Assembly: GCA_963768835.1 (NCBI GenBank)
Contig: CAVYJB010000002.1
Location: 136,230-200,229, forward strand
Source of the DNA: an uncultured bacterium
GTDB lineage: Bacteria > Patescibacteriota > Minisyncoccia > UBA6257 > GWB1-50-10
DNA: 64,000 nucleotides
Direction of reading: 5' to 3'
Part shown: positions 39,611-49,037 of the stretch, piece by piece
Numbering within the stretch: the stretch's first letter is position 1
How the letters are laid out: the number at the start of each line of letters is the position of its first letter
Translations under genes and position numbers: made by a program
The notes under the pieces: model-generated
Seen by the model: the letters and a program-made list of their open reading frames with translations, nothing else
Told to the model about the DNA's origin: nothing
The model's database searches: none

Positions 39611-39736
39611 GGAGACCCCTTCGATTCAAAAGGGCCGTCAGCGATGACGGCCTTTTCTTATTATCCGTGAAAACAAAACCCGCCGGTGGAAGGCGGGTAA
39701 ATGAAGCAATAAAACAAAGAGACAGAAAAAGAGAGG

Positions 39737-40282
39737 TCACCTGCCGGGAGCGCAGTGGATGCAGGTGCAAACACTCGGATCCGCCATGAATCGTTCAAAA
39801 GGAATGGTCTCCGAGCGGCACTCCAGGCAAATGCCCTGAAACGTTCCTTCCTGTATCCGTCGCTTGTTGCGAAGGAGCTTTTCTAGTTTTTCCTTCTGCA
39901 CCCTCAGTTCAAGATCGGAGGCGTGCTCATCGTATCCTTCCATAGACGTGCTGTAGCGCGCCGGCCCTACGTCACGATCCATCCGATTCCCCTGCTGTTC
40001 TTCGAACATTTTGAGGTTAAATGCAGCCAGTTCAATTTCTTCTTCGATCTTCAATGCAATAATGCCTAGCTGTTCCGGGCCTAAGGGTTTCGGCTTTAGC
40101 TTCTGCGCCTCGGGCCTCGACTGGATGGTCGGTTTCAGTTGGGTCTTTATAAGACTGGGTGTTTTCGCAGCCGCTTTCCCCGCGTCGGCTCTTCGCATAG
40201 CAAGACACTCCTTATATAGGTGGGTTGATGGGTTGTGAAAGGACTTTGGAACCGCAGGGCCCATTATCCCACAAGAAAACAA
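39737..40282 (-). CDS. DksA/TraR-family C4 zinc-finger protein
   Basis: C-terminal CLECRSETIPFERFMADPSVCTCIHC (C-x2-C-x17-C-x2-C) and coiled coil; probable start at MRRADAG (~40196). Confidence 0.65.
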   Translation of the reverse strand: MFSCGIMGPAVPKSFHNPSTHLYKECLAMRRADAGKAAAKTPSLIKTQLKPTIQSRPEAQKLKPKPLGPEQLGIIALKIEEEIELAAFNLKMFEEQQGNRMDRDVGPARYSTSMEGYDEHASDLELRVQKEKLEKLLRNKRRIQEGTFQGICLECRSETIPFERFMADPSVCTCIHCAPGR

Positions 40283-40333
40283 CGGCCGTCAAACGGTCGG
40301 AGACGTTTCGTTATACAATCCTGTTTATCGGTG

Positions 40334-40404
40334 TCGGGCCGCCCGGATTTGAACCGAGACTAAATCCTCCCAAAGGACTCGTGCTACCGTTACACCACGG
40401 CCCG
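40334..40404 (-). tRNA. tRNA-Pro (anticodon UGG)
   Basis: Minus strand CGGGCCG…CGGCCCGA acceptor, anticodon stem AGTCC/GGATT loop TTTGGGA, T-arm CTCGG-TTCAAAT-CCGGG. Confidence 0.75.
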
Positions 40405-40484
40405 TTGCCCTCCAGTGTATAAGAGAACCATAGCAACCGCAATCGCTTGAAGAGTGCCAATGAGTCCGTTACCATTCAGCGAAG

Positions 40485-40558
40485 GCCCCCGTAGCTCAAC
40501 TGGATAGAGCAAGCGGCTTCTATCCGCTAGGTTCCAGGTTCAAATCCTGGCGGGGGCA
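40485..40558 (+). tRNA. tRNA-Arg (anticodon UCU)
   Basis: GCCCCCG TA GCTC AACTGGATA GAGC A AGCGG CTTCTAT CCGCT AGGTT CCAGG TTCAAAT CCTGG CGGGGGC A. Confidence 0.85.
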
Positions 40559-40574
40559 CTAGAGATTAGCATTT

Positions 40575-41342
40575 TTAACGACTCCGCTTGAGAAGCGAGA
40601 GCAGAAAGAAGAACGCGCTTACAAGGACGGTCGCGATGCCCGCTCCGATGGTAGTCGCAGCGCCGATGAAAAGCCCTGCGGTAAGAGCGGAAATCGCGAT
40701 AACGACGCTCCAAATAACGAAGCCACGGAAGTTCGAGGCAAGGTTCCGCGCGGTGACTGCCGGGATGATGGAGAGGGCACTCATAAGGAGAACGCCCACG
40801 AAACTAATACCTATCGAGATGGTGATGGCGATAAGGATAAGGAGCAGGAGCTCCATCCGGGGTTCGCGGGTGCGTTCCGCTGCGGCAAGATCCGGTGCGA
40901 TAGCCGTGAGCACTAAGGGTTTTAGGTAACGGGTCGCAACGAAGAGGATGACGAGCGCGATAGCGGACAGTGCTATGAGCTCGGGACTGGTGATACGCTC
41001 CACACTTCCGAAGAACGCTTCCAAAAGGTCCGTCTGGGGGATAAGGAGCGCTCCCACTGCGAGTGCGGTCACAAAGAGGACGCCGGTGATGGACTCGATG
41101 GCGAGCCGCGTTTTATGCTCGATGACCCAGATGAGGAGAACTCCGACGAAAAGGAACGCGACCCCGCCCCAGAGCGGCTGGAAATGGAGGACAACGCCGA
41201 GTGCGATGCCGGGAAGCGCGACATGGGAAAGGGCGTCCGAGAGAAGGGTCATTTTCCGGAGCACAAGAAGTGACCCCACAAGACCGCTCGCGGCAGCGAC
41301 GAGGACGCCGGCAATCACTGTAAGGGGAAGGGATTCAGGCAT
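40575..41342 (-). CDS. metal (Zn/Mn) ABC transporter permease, ABC-3 family
   Basis: 8-TM ZnuB/MntB-like protein adjacent to cognate ATPase. Confidence 0.7.
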   Translation of the reverse strand: MPESLPLTVIAGVLVAAASGLVGSLLVLRKMTLLSDALSHVALPGIALGVVLHFQPLWGGVAFLFVGVLLIWVIEHKTRLAIESITGVLFVTALAVGALLIPQTDLLEAFFGSVERITSPELIALSAIALVILFVATRYLKPLVLTAIAPDLAAAERTREPRMELLLLILIAITISIGISFVGVLLMSALSIIPAVTARNLASNFRGFVIWSVVIAISALTAGLFIGAATTIGAGIATVLVSAFFFLLSLLKRSR

Positions 41343-42048
41343 GGTCAGAAGGGCCTTGGAAATGATGGTGATGGAAGAAAGCGTGGTCTCCGTAGAGCTC
41401 CGAGAGCCGCGCAGTCGTAAGAGAAGACTCCGGTTCGCCGTAGCAGATCATTTTCTCATTAAGACAAACGACTCGGTTTGCATAGCGATATACGACATGG
41501 AGGTCATGAGAAACGATGAGGAGGGCCACATGGAGAGTGTCCTGCAGGTGATGGAGGAGGGTGTAGATAGAATCCTGGCCTACTACATCCACATTTTCTG
41601 TCGGCTCGTCAAAGAGAAGAACCTGGGGTTTATCAAAAATAGACCAAGCAAGAAGCACTTTCTGCAGTTGGCCGCTTGAAAGATGCGCGAGACTTCGCGT
41701 CGTCCAAGTCGCATCCATCCCTGCCAGCGTAAGAACTTCATGCAATGGGTACGATTGGAGAGGCTTCAGACGAAGGAACTCTCCAACTGTCATCGGAAGG
41801 TAGTGGTCCACATGGAATCGCTGGGGGAGATAACCAATCTTCGTGCCGGGCTTCCATGTTACACTGCCGGCGGTCGGCAGATAGATGCCCGCAAGAGTTT
41901 TGAGGAGCACAGATTTCCCGGCACCGTTTGGACCGATGATAGCGACAACCTCCTCTGGGTTCAGAACGAAAGTGACACCGTCGATGGCCACCTTGCCGTC
42001 GAACGCGACGGTGAGGTTTTGTATTGAGAGAAGAGGGGAAGCGTCCAT
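41335..42048 (-). CDS. metal ABC transporter ATP-binding protein (ZnuC-like)
   Basis: Walker A GPNGAGKS, signature LSSGQLQK, Walker B LLFDEPT. Confidence 0.8.
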   Translation of the reverse strand: MDASPLLSIQNLTVAFDGKVAIDGVTFVLNPEEVVAIIGPNGAGKSVLLKTLAGIYLPTAGSVTWKPGTKIGYLPQRFHVDHYLPMTVGEFLRLKPLQSYPLHEVLTLAGMDATWTTRSLAHLSSGQLQKVLLAWSIFDKPQVLLFDEPTENVDVVGQDSIYTLLHHLQDTLHVALLIVSHDLHVVYRYANRVVCLNEKMICYGEPESSLTTARLSELYGDHAFFHHHHFQGPSDHA

Positions 42049-42119
42049 TGGATTTGATTATAGCTCCTATAACATTACCACGCTCGTGTGATGAGACGAG
42101 CGTACAAAAGTTCCATACA

Positions 42120-42194
42120 TGGTGCCGCGGGAGGGAATTGAACCCCCGACGCCAGCCTCTTCAGGGCTGCGCTCTACCACTGAGCTACCGCGGC
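42120..42194 (-). tRNA. tRNA-Phe (anticodon GAA), CCA encoded
   Basis: GCCGCGG TA GCTC AGTGGTA GAGC G CAGCC CTGAAGA GGCTG GCGTC GGGGG TTCAATT CCCTC CCGCGGC A CCA. Confidence 0.9.
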
Positions 42195-42288
42195 GGTGTG
42201 GGATTTCAAACTGCAGGATTAATGTACACCAACGCCCGGACAGATTCAACGGTTTCCAGCGGTTTCTGTATGGTTTATACTTAGCTTT

Positions 42289-42621
42289 ATGGAAGATCTC
42301 ACCAAGAAAAAATGTGTGCCGTGCGAGGGAGATGCGATGCCTCTAGATAAGGAGCGGGCAGGTGGCTATCTCCGGATGGCACCAAGATGGACGCTTGACG
42401 TATCGGGGAAGAAGATCTACCGCGCATTCCCCTTCAAGGATTTTGCGGAAGCAATGGTGTTTGTGAACAAAGTTGCGGGCATTGCGGAGGGGGAAGGGCA
42501 TCACCCCGATATCTATATTTTCTACAACAAGGTGAACCTCGAGCTTTGGACCCACAACATCGGAGGGCTTTCCGAGAACGATTTCATCGTGGCTGCCAAA
42601 GTGAATGAAGTGATGCCGTAA
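42289..42621 (+). CDS. pterin-4-alpha-carbinolamine dehydratase (PCD/DCoH)
   Basis: …GIAEGEGHHPDIYIFYNKVNLELWTH… signature. Confidence 0.8.
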   Translation: MEDLTKKKCVPCEGDAMPLDKERAGGYLRMAPRWTLDVSGKKIYRAFPFKDFAEAMVFVNKVAGIAEGEGHHPDIYIFYNKVNLELWTHNIGGLSENDFIVAAKVNEVMP

Positions 42622-42736
42622 AAGTATCCGCGCACGTGAAGCAGGGACGGTGTTCACCCTTCCCCTATGCGGATGTGCTCCAAGTCAGGAACGTTTCCAA
42701 CAAAGCCCCGCACTGAGCGGGACTTTTATATGCCAT

Positions 42737-42878
42737 CCAGAAAACCACGGGCGTAAGCCCGTGGATGAAGGCACCCCGCGGTCTTCTTCAGCGCTACCTC
42801 TGCCTGCAGGAGAGGGAAGACCGCGGGCAAGCGAAGCTTGTACTCTCCTCCCAGAAACCACGGGCGTGAGCCCGTGGA
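42737..42878. repeat. two direct copies of a 28-nt hairpin unit flanking a 12-bp-stem inverted repeat
   Basis: CCAGAAA(A)CCACGGGCGTRAGCCCGTGGA at 42737-42765 and 42851-42878; central CCCCGCGGTCTTC…GAAGACCGCGGG; on minus strand each hairpin is followed by TTT(T)CTGG (terminator-like, downstream of dedA). Confidence 0.6.
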
Positions 42879-42881
42879 GTT

Positions 42882-43641
42882 TCATTTCAAAGGAGGGCGA
42901 GGAGGGAACGCAGGGGGTTTTGTGGGGGTGCCTACTTCAGGAGAGGCATTTTCATCCATAGATACATCAGTTTCCTCAATATTATCGTTTAAACGCTCCT
43001 CAAAACCGATAGCTCGGCCAAGGGCCCGTCTCAGGAAGTGCTCTCCGAGGAACACAAGGATCAAGATGACAACAATCCCGACCTCGACGTTCCGGAAAAT
43101 GCGCTGGGTTTTGAGGTAACTCAGACCCGTCATTAGGAAGTACGCTATGCCCGTCATCGATATGAACCATAGCAGTACCGTCCAGAGGTAGTTCTTGAAA
43201 AAGGTCGCGAACCGCACACGCGACCACCCCGTGAGGAGCAGCATCGCGAAGTTCATTGTGGGGAGGAACCGGACGATAAGAAAAAGCTTCCCGATATTCT
43301 TCTTCAGATAATAGGAATAGAGCTGGATGCGCCGATTGGGTTTCAGGCGCCGGTAGAATCGCCACCCGAAGCGCGTTACCCGGAGCGTGCGACCGATAAG
43401 ATACACCAGCGTCTCACCCACGAAGAGCGCGCCGAGAGCAGTCGCGATAAACTCGTTCCAGGAAAGGAACCGGTTGATGACGAGATAGACAGAAAGAAGG
43501 AGAGTCAGTTCTCCCTGGAGAAGGATACCGATACCGACGATGAGGTAACCCCAGGAGGGGTGTTGGCCCAGGAGTGTTCCTAGGGTGTCCACAAGATTGT
43601 TCACACGCCTATTATATCGTACAATCAATATGCGATTGCAA
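42882..43641 (-). CDS. DedA-family membrane protein
   Basis: …LVDTLGTLLGQHPSWGYLIVGIGILLQGE… DedA/VTT N-terminus; likely GTG start ~43641 (ORF-track ATG 43703 gives non-homologous extension). Confidence 0.65.
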
Positions 43642-44066
43642 TGCATATCGACGAAAACAACATAAAATTCAAGGCAGTTCGAGCGAGCGGCCCTGGCGGC
43701 CAAAATGTGAATCGGCGGTCCACCAAAGTTCAGATCTGGGTAGAGGTTGGGAAGCTTGGTCTCACAGAAGAGGAGGAAAAGCGGATTCGAGAAAAACTAG
43801 CTCATCGTTTAAACCAGCGGGATGAACTTGAGGTGGTCGTCGAAGACCAGCGCTCGCAAGAGGAGAACCGAGACATCGCCCTCGAACGATTGCGAACGAT
43901 GATAGAAGAAGCCCTTCGGGTCCCTCCGGAACGAATCCCGACCGAGGCGCCTCCGCATGTGGAGCGTGGTCGGGTTGTGCGAAAAAAAGCTACCGGGGCG
44001 AAGAAAGAAGAACGTACCACGCCATGGGAGGAGGTGGCAGAGGAAGAAGAAGGGAAACGGGCCTAA
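43641..44066 (+). CDS. arfB: alternative ribosome-rescue factor ArfB (peptidyl-tRNA hydrolase, GGQ domain)
   Basis: …VRASGPGGQNVNRRSTKVQI… GGQ motif plus basic C-terminal tail, ~140 aa. Confidence 0.8.
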   Translation: MHIDENNIKFKAVRASGPGGQNVNRRSTKVQIWVEVGKLGLTEEEEKRIREKLAHRLNQRDELEVVVEDQRSQEENRDIALERLRTMIEEALRVPPERIPTEAPPHVERGRVVRKKATGAKKEERTTPWEEVAEEEEGKRA

Positions 44067-44142
44067 TGGCTGTTCGCAGCGGTTTGAAAAGTCTGCTGTC
44101 GAGGGATAAGATGAGGCCACGGAATACGGGGGTATTCCGAAT

Positions 44143-44214
44143 GGTGCCTATAGTGTAGCGGTAACACAGGAGTCTGTGGCACTCCTATCACGGGTTCGAA
44201 TCCCGTTAGGCACC
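44143..44214 (+). tRNA. tRNA-His (anticodon GUG) with encoded G-1
   Basis: G-1 + GTGCCTA TA GTGT AGCGGTA ACAC A GGAGT CTGTGGC ACTCC TATC ACGGG TTCGAAT CCCGT TAGGCAC C; G-1:C73 pair. Confidence 0.85.
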
Positions 44215-45168
44215 CAAGAAGGGATTTTGCGAGTAGAGAACGGCCATTTGTCTTTTCTCCATCGCATTTTCCGGAGGTTCTAACCGCTCATGAATGGCTC
44301 TGACCTCAACAGCCGCCTCTTCGATGTAGTTCAGTGGTTTTACTAGGGAAACACTAAGCTTTCCGCCCATGAGGGAGAGGTTCGAACCAAAATCCGCCAG
44401 GATTGATTTTTTCGCCTGCCAATCATCCTTAGCCTTTTCAAACTTAGTTTTCGCGTCCCTTGCGAAGCTGAGGGCCTTCTCGGCTTTCTCAAGCCATTTA
44501 TCAACATTTCGATCCGCGTCGTTCAGAATCTCCTGCAACCGCGCCTTCTCGCCGAGTAGCCGCGCTTTTTGGTCCGCGAATTCCTTTTCATCGAGCTCCT
44601 TGTTTATCCGCATCTCGAGGAGTGATTCTAGTTTACGGACAACCTTATCGTATTCTCTCCGCTGATTGGTGAGGATCGTCTCTCTGTCCGCCCTCTCGTG
44701 TTCTGTCTCACTTTTCAAAACCTCGATAGCCCAGTCGTAAAAATCCCGTGGAATCTCGATCCGTCCGAGCTCGCGGACGATTTGCGTCTCAAGCTCTTTT
44801 TCGGGAATCGGTTTTTGGGAACAGAAACCTTTTCTCTTGGTACAGCGATAGTACGTGTAGCGGTGAACATTGCCGTTTACCTGGTGTTTTACCTTCTCCT
44901 CGGCGGTCACCATACAACCGCACTCTCCGCACCGTATAAACCCCGTAAACGCGAAATTATGCGTCTTGGGGCGTGGTTTGTTGGCGTTCCCGAGTATGTA
45001 CTGGGCCTCGTCGAACTCCCCCTTGGTGAGCATTCGGTCGTGTGCCCGAGACTGTAACGGAAGGGATTGTGAGCGGAATTGTTCCTGGCCCGATTTATAA
45101 AACCAATGCGGCGATTGACCACGGCAATTCCGGCGGTATCGCCATATTAAATAAGAATGATTGTTCAC
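44206..45168 (-). pseudogene. large serine recombinase, N-terminally truncated (recombinase-domain tail + Zn-ribbon + coiled coil only)
   Basis: …LTKGEFDEAQYILG…KTHNFAFTGFIRCGECGCMVTAEEK…YTYYRCTKRK… zinc-ribbon and long coiled-coil typical of large serine recombinases; no resolvase catalytic domain; 3' end overlaps tRNA-His. Confidence 0.65.
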
Positions 45169-45536
45169 TTGGCATCCCGACCTTGGGCGTTTCCGGTCTT
45201 ACGGCGGGAATCGGCTACATTCAATCGTATTCTCTTGCCAGCCAACCAATAATCTATTCACAACCCTCTGTTGCTCCCTCCACCCCTCCCGCCCCGGCCA
45301 ATCCAAGGCAATTCACTGTATTCGGTCAAGGCTTTTGCGCTGATACCGGTGGTGCAACTTTGACGATTGGCGGCACATGGGTCCCAGATAAATATATTCT
45401 TTCGTGGACCGACAATAGCATCACATTTGTAGTTCCAGATTCTATAGCGAGAGGGAACTACGATGTCCAAATCCTTGGGGCACGGGGCACTGCATATTGT
45501 CCAGCAGCCTCGGGAGGCAGAATCAATGTTCCATAA
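45042..45536 (+). pseudogene. N-terminally truncated trypsin-like (HtrA/S1C-type) serine protease fragment
   Basis: …TNAAIDHGNSGGIAILNKNDCSLGIPT… (GNSGG catalytic Ser region) without His/Asp-bearing N-terminal half; in-frame stop just upstream. Confidence 0.5.
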
Positions 45537-45596
45537 AGACGGGCACAGATCTGTTTACGGGCTTAAAAAAACTAAAGGCCGTATCCAAACAATAAT

Positions 45597-46091
45597 ATGA
45601 CTCTCATGAAAAAATTAATCGTATTGGTTTCGCTGGGCCTCCTATTGCCCTCCTTCGTCGTCGGGGCGACACTCAATCGCAATCTCTCCATTGGTATGAC
45701 CGGAACGGATGTATCTTGGCTTCAGCAATTCCTTACCTACGACGGTGTCTACAGCGGACCAATTACCGGGACCTTCGGTCTTCTCACGAGAAATGCAGTA
45801 GTCGCATTCCAGGTGCAAGAGGGTATTTCACCAACGAACGGCTATTTCGGCCCCCTCACCCGCGCCGATGAGATTAAGGTCCTAGCGGCTCACCCGGACT
45901 GGACGACGTCGCTCTCCAACGGCAACTCCTACTCGAATGTGAATGGAAACCCCGTCCACTCTCCTGCTTACTCCTCTAATGGGGTTCCAGCTGGCGCAAC
46001 CGCACAGTGCCGAGACCTAACGTATAGTTTTAGCCTGCATCGTAGCGGTACATGTTCTTATCACGGAGGTGTACTGCATTGGTTGTACTAA
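45597..46091 (+). CDS. secreted protein with peptidoglycan-binding domain (PG_binding_1) and DUF3761-like C-terminus
   Basis: Signal peptide; …DVSWLQQFLTYDGVYSGPITGTFGLLTRNAVVAFQ…; C-terminal …CRDLTYSFSLHRSGTCSYHGGV…. Confidence 0.55.
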   Translation: MTLMKKLIVLVSLGLLLPSFVVGATLNRNLSIGMTGTDVSWLQQFLTYDGVYSGPITGTFGLLTRNAVVAFQVQEGISPTNGYFGPLTRADEIKVLAAHPDWTTSLSNGNSYSNVNGNPVHSPAYSSNGVPAGATAQCRDLTYSFSLHRSGTCSYHGGVLHWLY

Positions 46092-46097
46092 AAATGG

Positions 46098-46373
46098 ATG
46101 AGTAGTTGGCTGAAAGAAAATTGGTTTAAAGCGGGAATACTGTCCCTTCTCCTACTGGTTACGATTGGTGGGTTCTTTTGGTATGAAGTTCGCCCGGCGA
46201 TAATCAGAAATGAGTGCTCTTGGACCGTCGAGCATGTACCGGCCATAACAGAAATCACTCCAGATGAAGCAAAAACTCTGCAAGAACAATGCTTAGAGGA
46301 GCAAAAAAACCAGGCGCCTTCAGGGAAATTTCTCAACTTGTTCCCCCCGGAGATGAGGCTGCTTCTTGTTTGA
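46098..46373 (+). CDS. small membrane protein (possibly frameshifted/pseudogene)
   Basis: One TM; overlapping alternative frame ORF 46289-46471 suggests disruption. Confidence 0.3.
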   Translation: MSSWLKENWFKAGILSLLLLVTIGGFFWYEVRPAIIRNECSWTVEHVPAITEITPDEAKTLQEQCLEEQKNQAPSGKFLNLFPPEMRLLLV

Positions 46374-46509
46374 ATAACAACCAACGAAGACCCGCGCAAG
46401 AAGCCAAGGATTTACCACGGAAAACGAGTGAGGACGAGTACAAATTTTGCATTCGTAACAAAGGACTGTGATCCCCACCCCACGCGAGGAGGTGATAGAA
46501 TGAGACCAC

Positions 46510-46998
46510 ATGGGCAGTACCCGCTTCTCACATGAACTAATTAAGGGGAAGATAGCGGAACTCATTTTCGAGCTGATGTTCCGCGAGTCAGGGAGATTCA
46601 CGACACTTCGGTTCGGTTATGAGTACACCCTCCCCGAGCTAGCGCAGTACCAGCATCTCGTTGAGGTTAAGAAGGTTTTGGATAATATCCGCAATGCGCC
46701 AGATTTCATCCTGATTTCGAACGCCACGGAGAAGAAAGCGGTTTATATTGTTGAGGTCAAATACCGGACGAGGCGTGACCCGAAGGAGATTAAGGAAATC
46801 GCCGAGAACACGCTCAAGACCTGGGACCCGTCATGGCTGTTTGTCGCTTCGCCAGACGGGTTTTTCTTCGAGCCCTGTCATACGGTGATGAAGAACGAGG
46901 GGAACATTGGTCCGCTATATGAAACGTGGGTTCCTAGGCCAATCATGAACAAGTACCTCGAACTGCTCAAGGACTTTGAGCACGGTGAGGACCGGTAG
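46510..46998 (+). CDS. PD-(D/E)xK-fold nuclease-like protein
   Basis: Helix E (…KIAELIFELMF…), …NAPDFILIS…(D) and …AVYIVEVKYR (E-x-K) in canonical order/spacing. Confidence 0.5.
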   Translation: MGSTRFSHELIKGKIAELIFELMFRESGRFTTLRFGYEYTLPELAQYQHLVEVKKVLDNIRNAPDFILISNATEKKAVYIVEVKYRTRRDPKEIKEIAENTLKTWDPSWLFVASPDGFFFEPCHTVMKNEGNIGPLYETWVPRPIMNKYLELLKDFEHGEDR

Positions 46999-47023
46999 GA
47001 GGTCGGAGTGATAGAATTTAACT

Positions 47024-47866
47024 ATGGCGAGACAAGGACACTCTCAGAAGGAAGATCCCTTCGAACTGTACCTTAGGGGGGTTTTCACCCTGGCTGTTCT
47101 GGGTTTAGGTTGGTACATTCTAGAGAATCCGAAGAAATCGGTAACCATATTAGTAGCGGTTCTCGTTGTCATCCTCCTGTTTGTCGTTTTGAGGATATGG
47201 TGGCGCAGAAAACACTTCAATGATCTATTAGAGAAACTAAGGAATTCCCCCGGACAAGAAGATGCTGTCAAAAGGTTTATCGCAATATCTGGCTCCGAGA
47301 AGGGGAGGGGAGAAGATTTCGTGAGCATCCGAGGCCATAAGTTCAGGAGGTACGACATTGAAGATCTGACAAACACGTTAAGAAAGAATGGCGTACCCGC
47401 AAGGGAGAAAGATGTTTCGAGGCTTCTTGAGCATTATATCCGAGAAAGAGGAGAGGGATTTATCAGTGGGCTCGGCAGTGTTTCTAAAGAGCCTCAGAGA
47501 TTCGCGAGTTTGTCTCCATACCAGTTCGAGCAGCTCCTCGTTCGCCTTTTCCAGGCGATGGGATATGAAGCCCGACACCAGGGTAGGCCGGGCGATCAGG
47601 GAGGTGACGTAATCGCTGTCAAAGGAGGTGAGAAACTTTTGATACAAGCCAAGCGTTATGGTGACCAAGACCCCACCGGGAATGCCGCCGTCCAGCAAGC
47701 GTTTACAGCGATGAGCATCTACAACTGCAATGAATCAATGGTGGTCACGACCTCCTATTTTACGCCAGAGGCCAGGGAGGCAGCCAAAACAACCCGGACC
47801 TATCTTGCCGAAAAGAAAGAACTGCAAAAATGGCTTCAAGAATATCTGAAGGAAGACTGGTTCTAA
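47024..47866 (+). CDS. membrane-anchored Mrr-like restriction endonuclease domain protein (Mrr_cat)
   Basis: Two N-terminal TM; C-terminal …FEQLLVRLFQAMGYEARHQGRPGDQGGDVIAVKGGEKLLIQAKRY…NAAVQQ… matches Mrr catalytic core (D…QxK). Confidence 0.6.
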   Translation: MARQGHSQKEDPFELYLRGVFTLAVLGLGWYILENPKKSVTILVAVLVVILLFVVLRIWWRRKHFNDLLEKLRNSPGQEDAVKRFIAISGSEKGRGEDFVSIRGHKFRRYDIEDLTNTLRKNGVPAREKDVSRLLEHYIRERGEGFISGLGSVSKEPQRFASLSPYQFEQLLVRLFQAMGYEARHQGRPGDQGGDVIAVKGGEKLLIQAKRYGDQDPTGNAAVQQAFTAMSIYNCNESMVVTTSYFTPEAREAAKTTRTYLAEKKELQKWLQEYLKEDWF

Positions 47867-47992
47867 ATCTCGACCGAGAAGGGTTGCCTGGGTAAGGCAT
47901 AAGACCGTTCGAATATTGTCCAGTCGACGAACCTGATACCCCTGAATATTGCTGCAATCGCCTTTGCGCAGGGGCGGTAGTTCCTAACTCCA

Positions 47993-48904
47993 ATGGAAAA
48001 CGAACCCGATAGAACTCAACAACCGGCCCCGGTTAAGACCAAAAAGAAGTGGAACCGAGGGCTTGGTGGATTTATTGTGAGTGGTTTAATTTACGCGTTT
48101 GCACAGGAGAGTTTCAACAAATCAGGAGTCGACGCGGCTATTATTCTTGCTGTTGCACTTGGAGCGTGGCCGCTATACTACTTTCTCAAATCCAAGATAA
48201 GAGAAAGTGAGTGGGTAAGAATCGTTGTCGCCTTTCTTATTATTGAAATAATCGCCGGGTTCTTGATTGGATTTTCTATTCGGATGACGGATAGATTTTC
48301 GGCAACTGCTGTTGGCGCTCCGAGTTTGGCGCCGACCGCGGTTAAGAAAGATGTTAATCAAGAAAGCCCTACGGCTCCCACTGGAACCCTTAACTATGAT
48401 GCCCTTATCAACGATGCCTTGTCTAACCTACAAACAAAGCAGGGCAACCTCGAAACTGTTTTGTCCACCAGTAAATATACTTCGTATAAATACAGCGCCT
48501 TGTTGGGACAGTTAGTATTTACCGATCCCTCAACGAACGACAGGCTAACCGCCGAAGTACAGGACATAGGCGGTTTGGCGCCCGACAAGGACGGCAAGGA
48601 AACATGGATGTGGTCTTGGGCTAATGACTCCGTGCCCTCCGATATGGCGAAAGATTCTTCAGGAGTTAAGCAATTTGGCACCATTCATAATCAAGAGATA
48701 AGAAACGCGCCAACCAACAAGGCGTTATTAGGTCGCAATCCTCTAACGGAGGGGGTATTTATTTCTGACGACGTAGACGCCCTTGATCTTACCGCTGTAA
48801 CACTCTACCTAGCTGGCGGTGAAGGAATCTACAAGGTGCCGTTTACTAACGATAATGGGAATGCGGTTGAATACTTATTAATAAAAGACTTCTTGGGTCG
48901 GTAA
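47993..48904 (+). CDS. membrane hypothetical protein
   Basis: 3 N-terminal TM then extracytoplasmic domain. Confidence 0.45.
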   Translation: MENEPDRTQQPAPVKTKKKWNRGLGGFIVSGLIYAFAQESFNKSGVDAAIILAVALGAWPLYYFLKSKIRESEWVRIVVAFLIIEIIAGFLIGFSIRMTDRFSATAVGAPSLAPTAVKKDVNQESPTAPTGTLNYDALINDALSNLQTKQGNLETVLSTSKYTSYKYSALLGQLVFTDPSTNDRLTAEVQDIGGLAPDKDGKETWMWSWANDSVPSDMAKDSSGVKQFGTIHNQEIRNAPTNKALLGRNPLTEGVFISDDVDALDLTAVTLYLAGGEGIYKVPFTNDNGNAVEYLLIKDFLGR

Positions 48905-48953
48905 GAAAGAATAGACTCGATCGAAAGGAACCCCCCAGCTGTCAACGAAACTA

Positions 48954-49020
48954 TGGTGAGTGGCATGGTGGGGTACCCCTAAAAACAGGTTCTAACGTCC
49001 TCCACCAGGGGCTGTCCTAC
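48954..49020 (+). repeat. cassette-associated repeat copy R1
   Basis: …GAGTGGCATGGTGGGGTACCCCTAAAAACAGGTTCTAACGTCCTCCACCAGGGG…. Confidence 0.7.
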
Positions 49021-49037
49021 CTGGACTATTCTATTCC

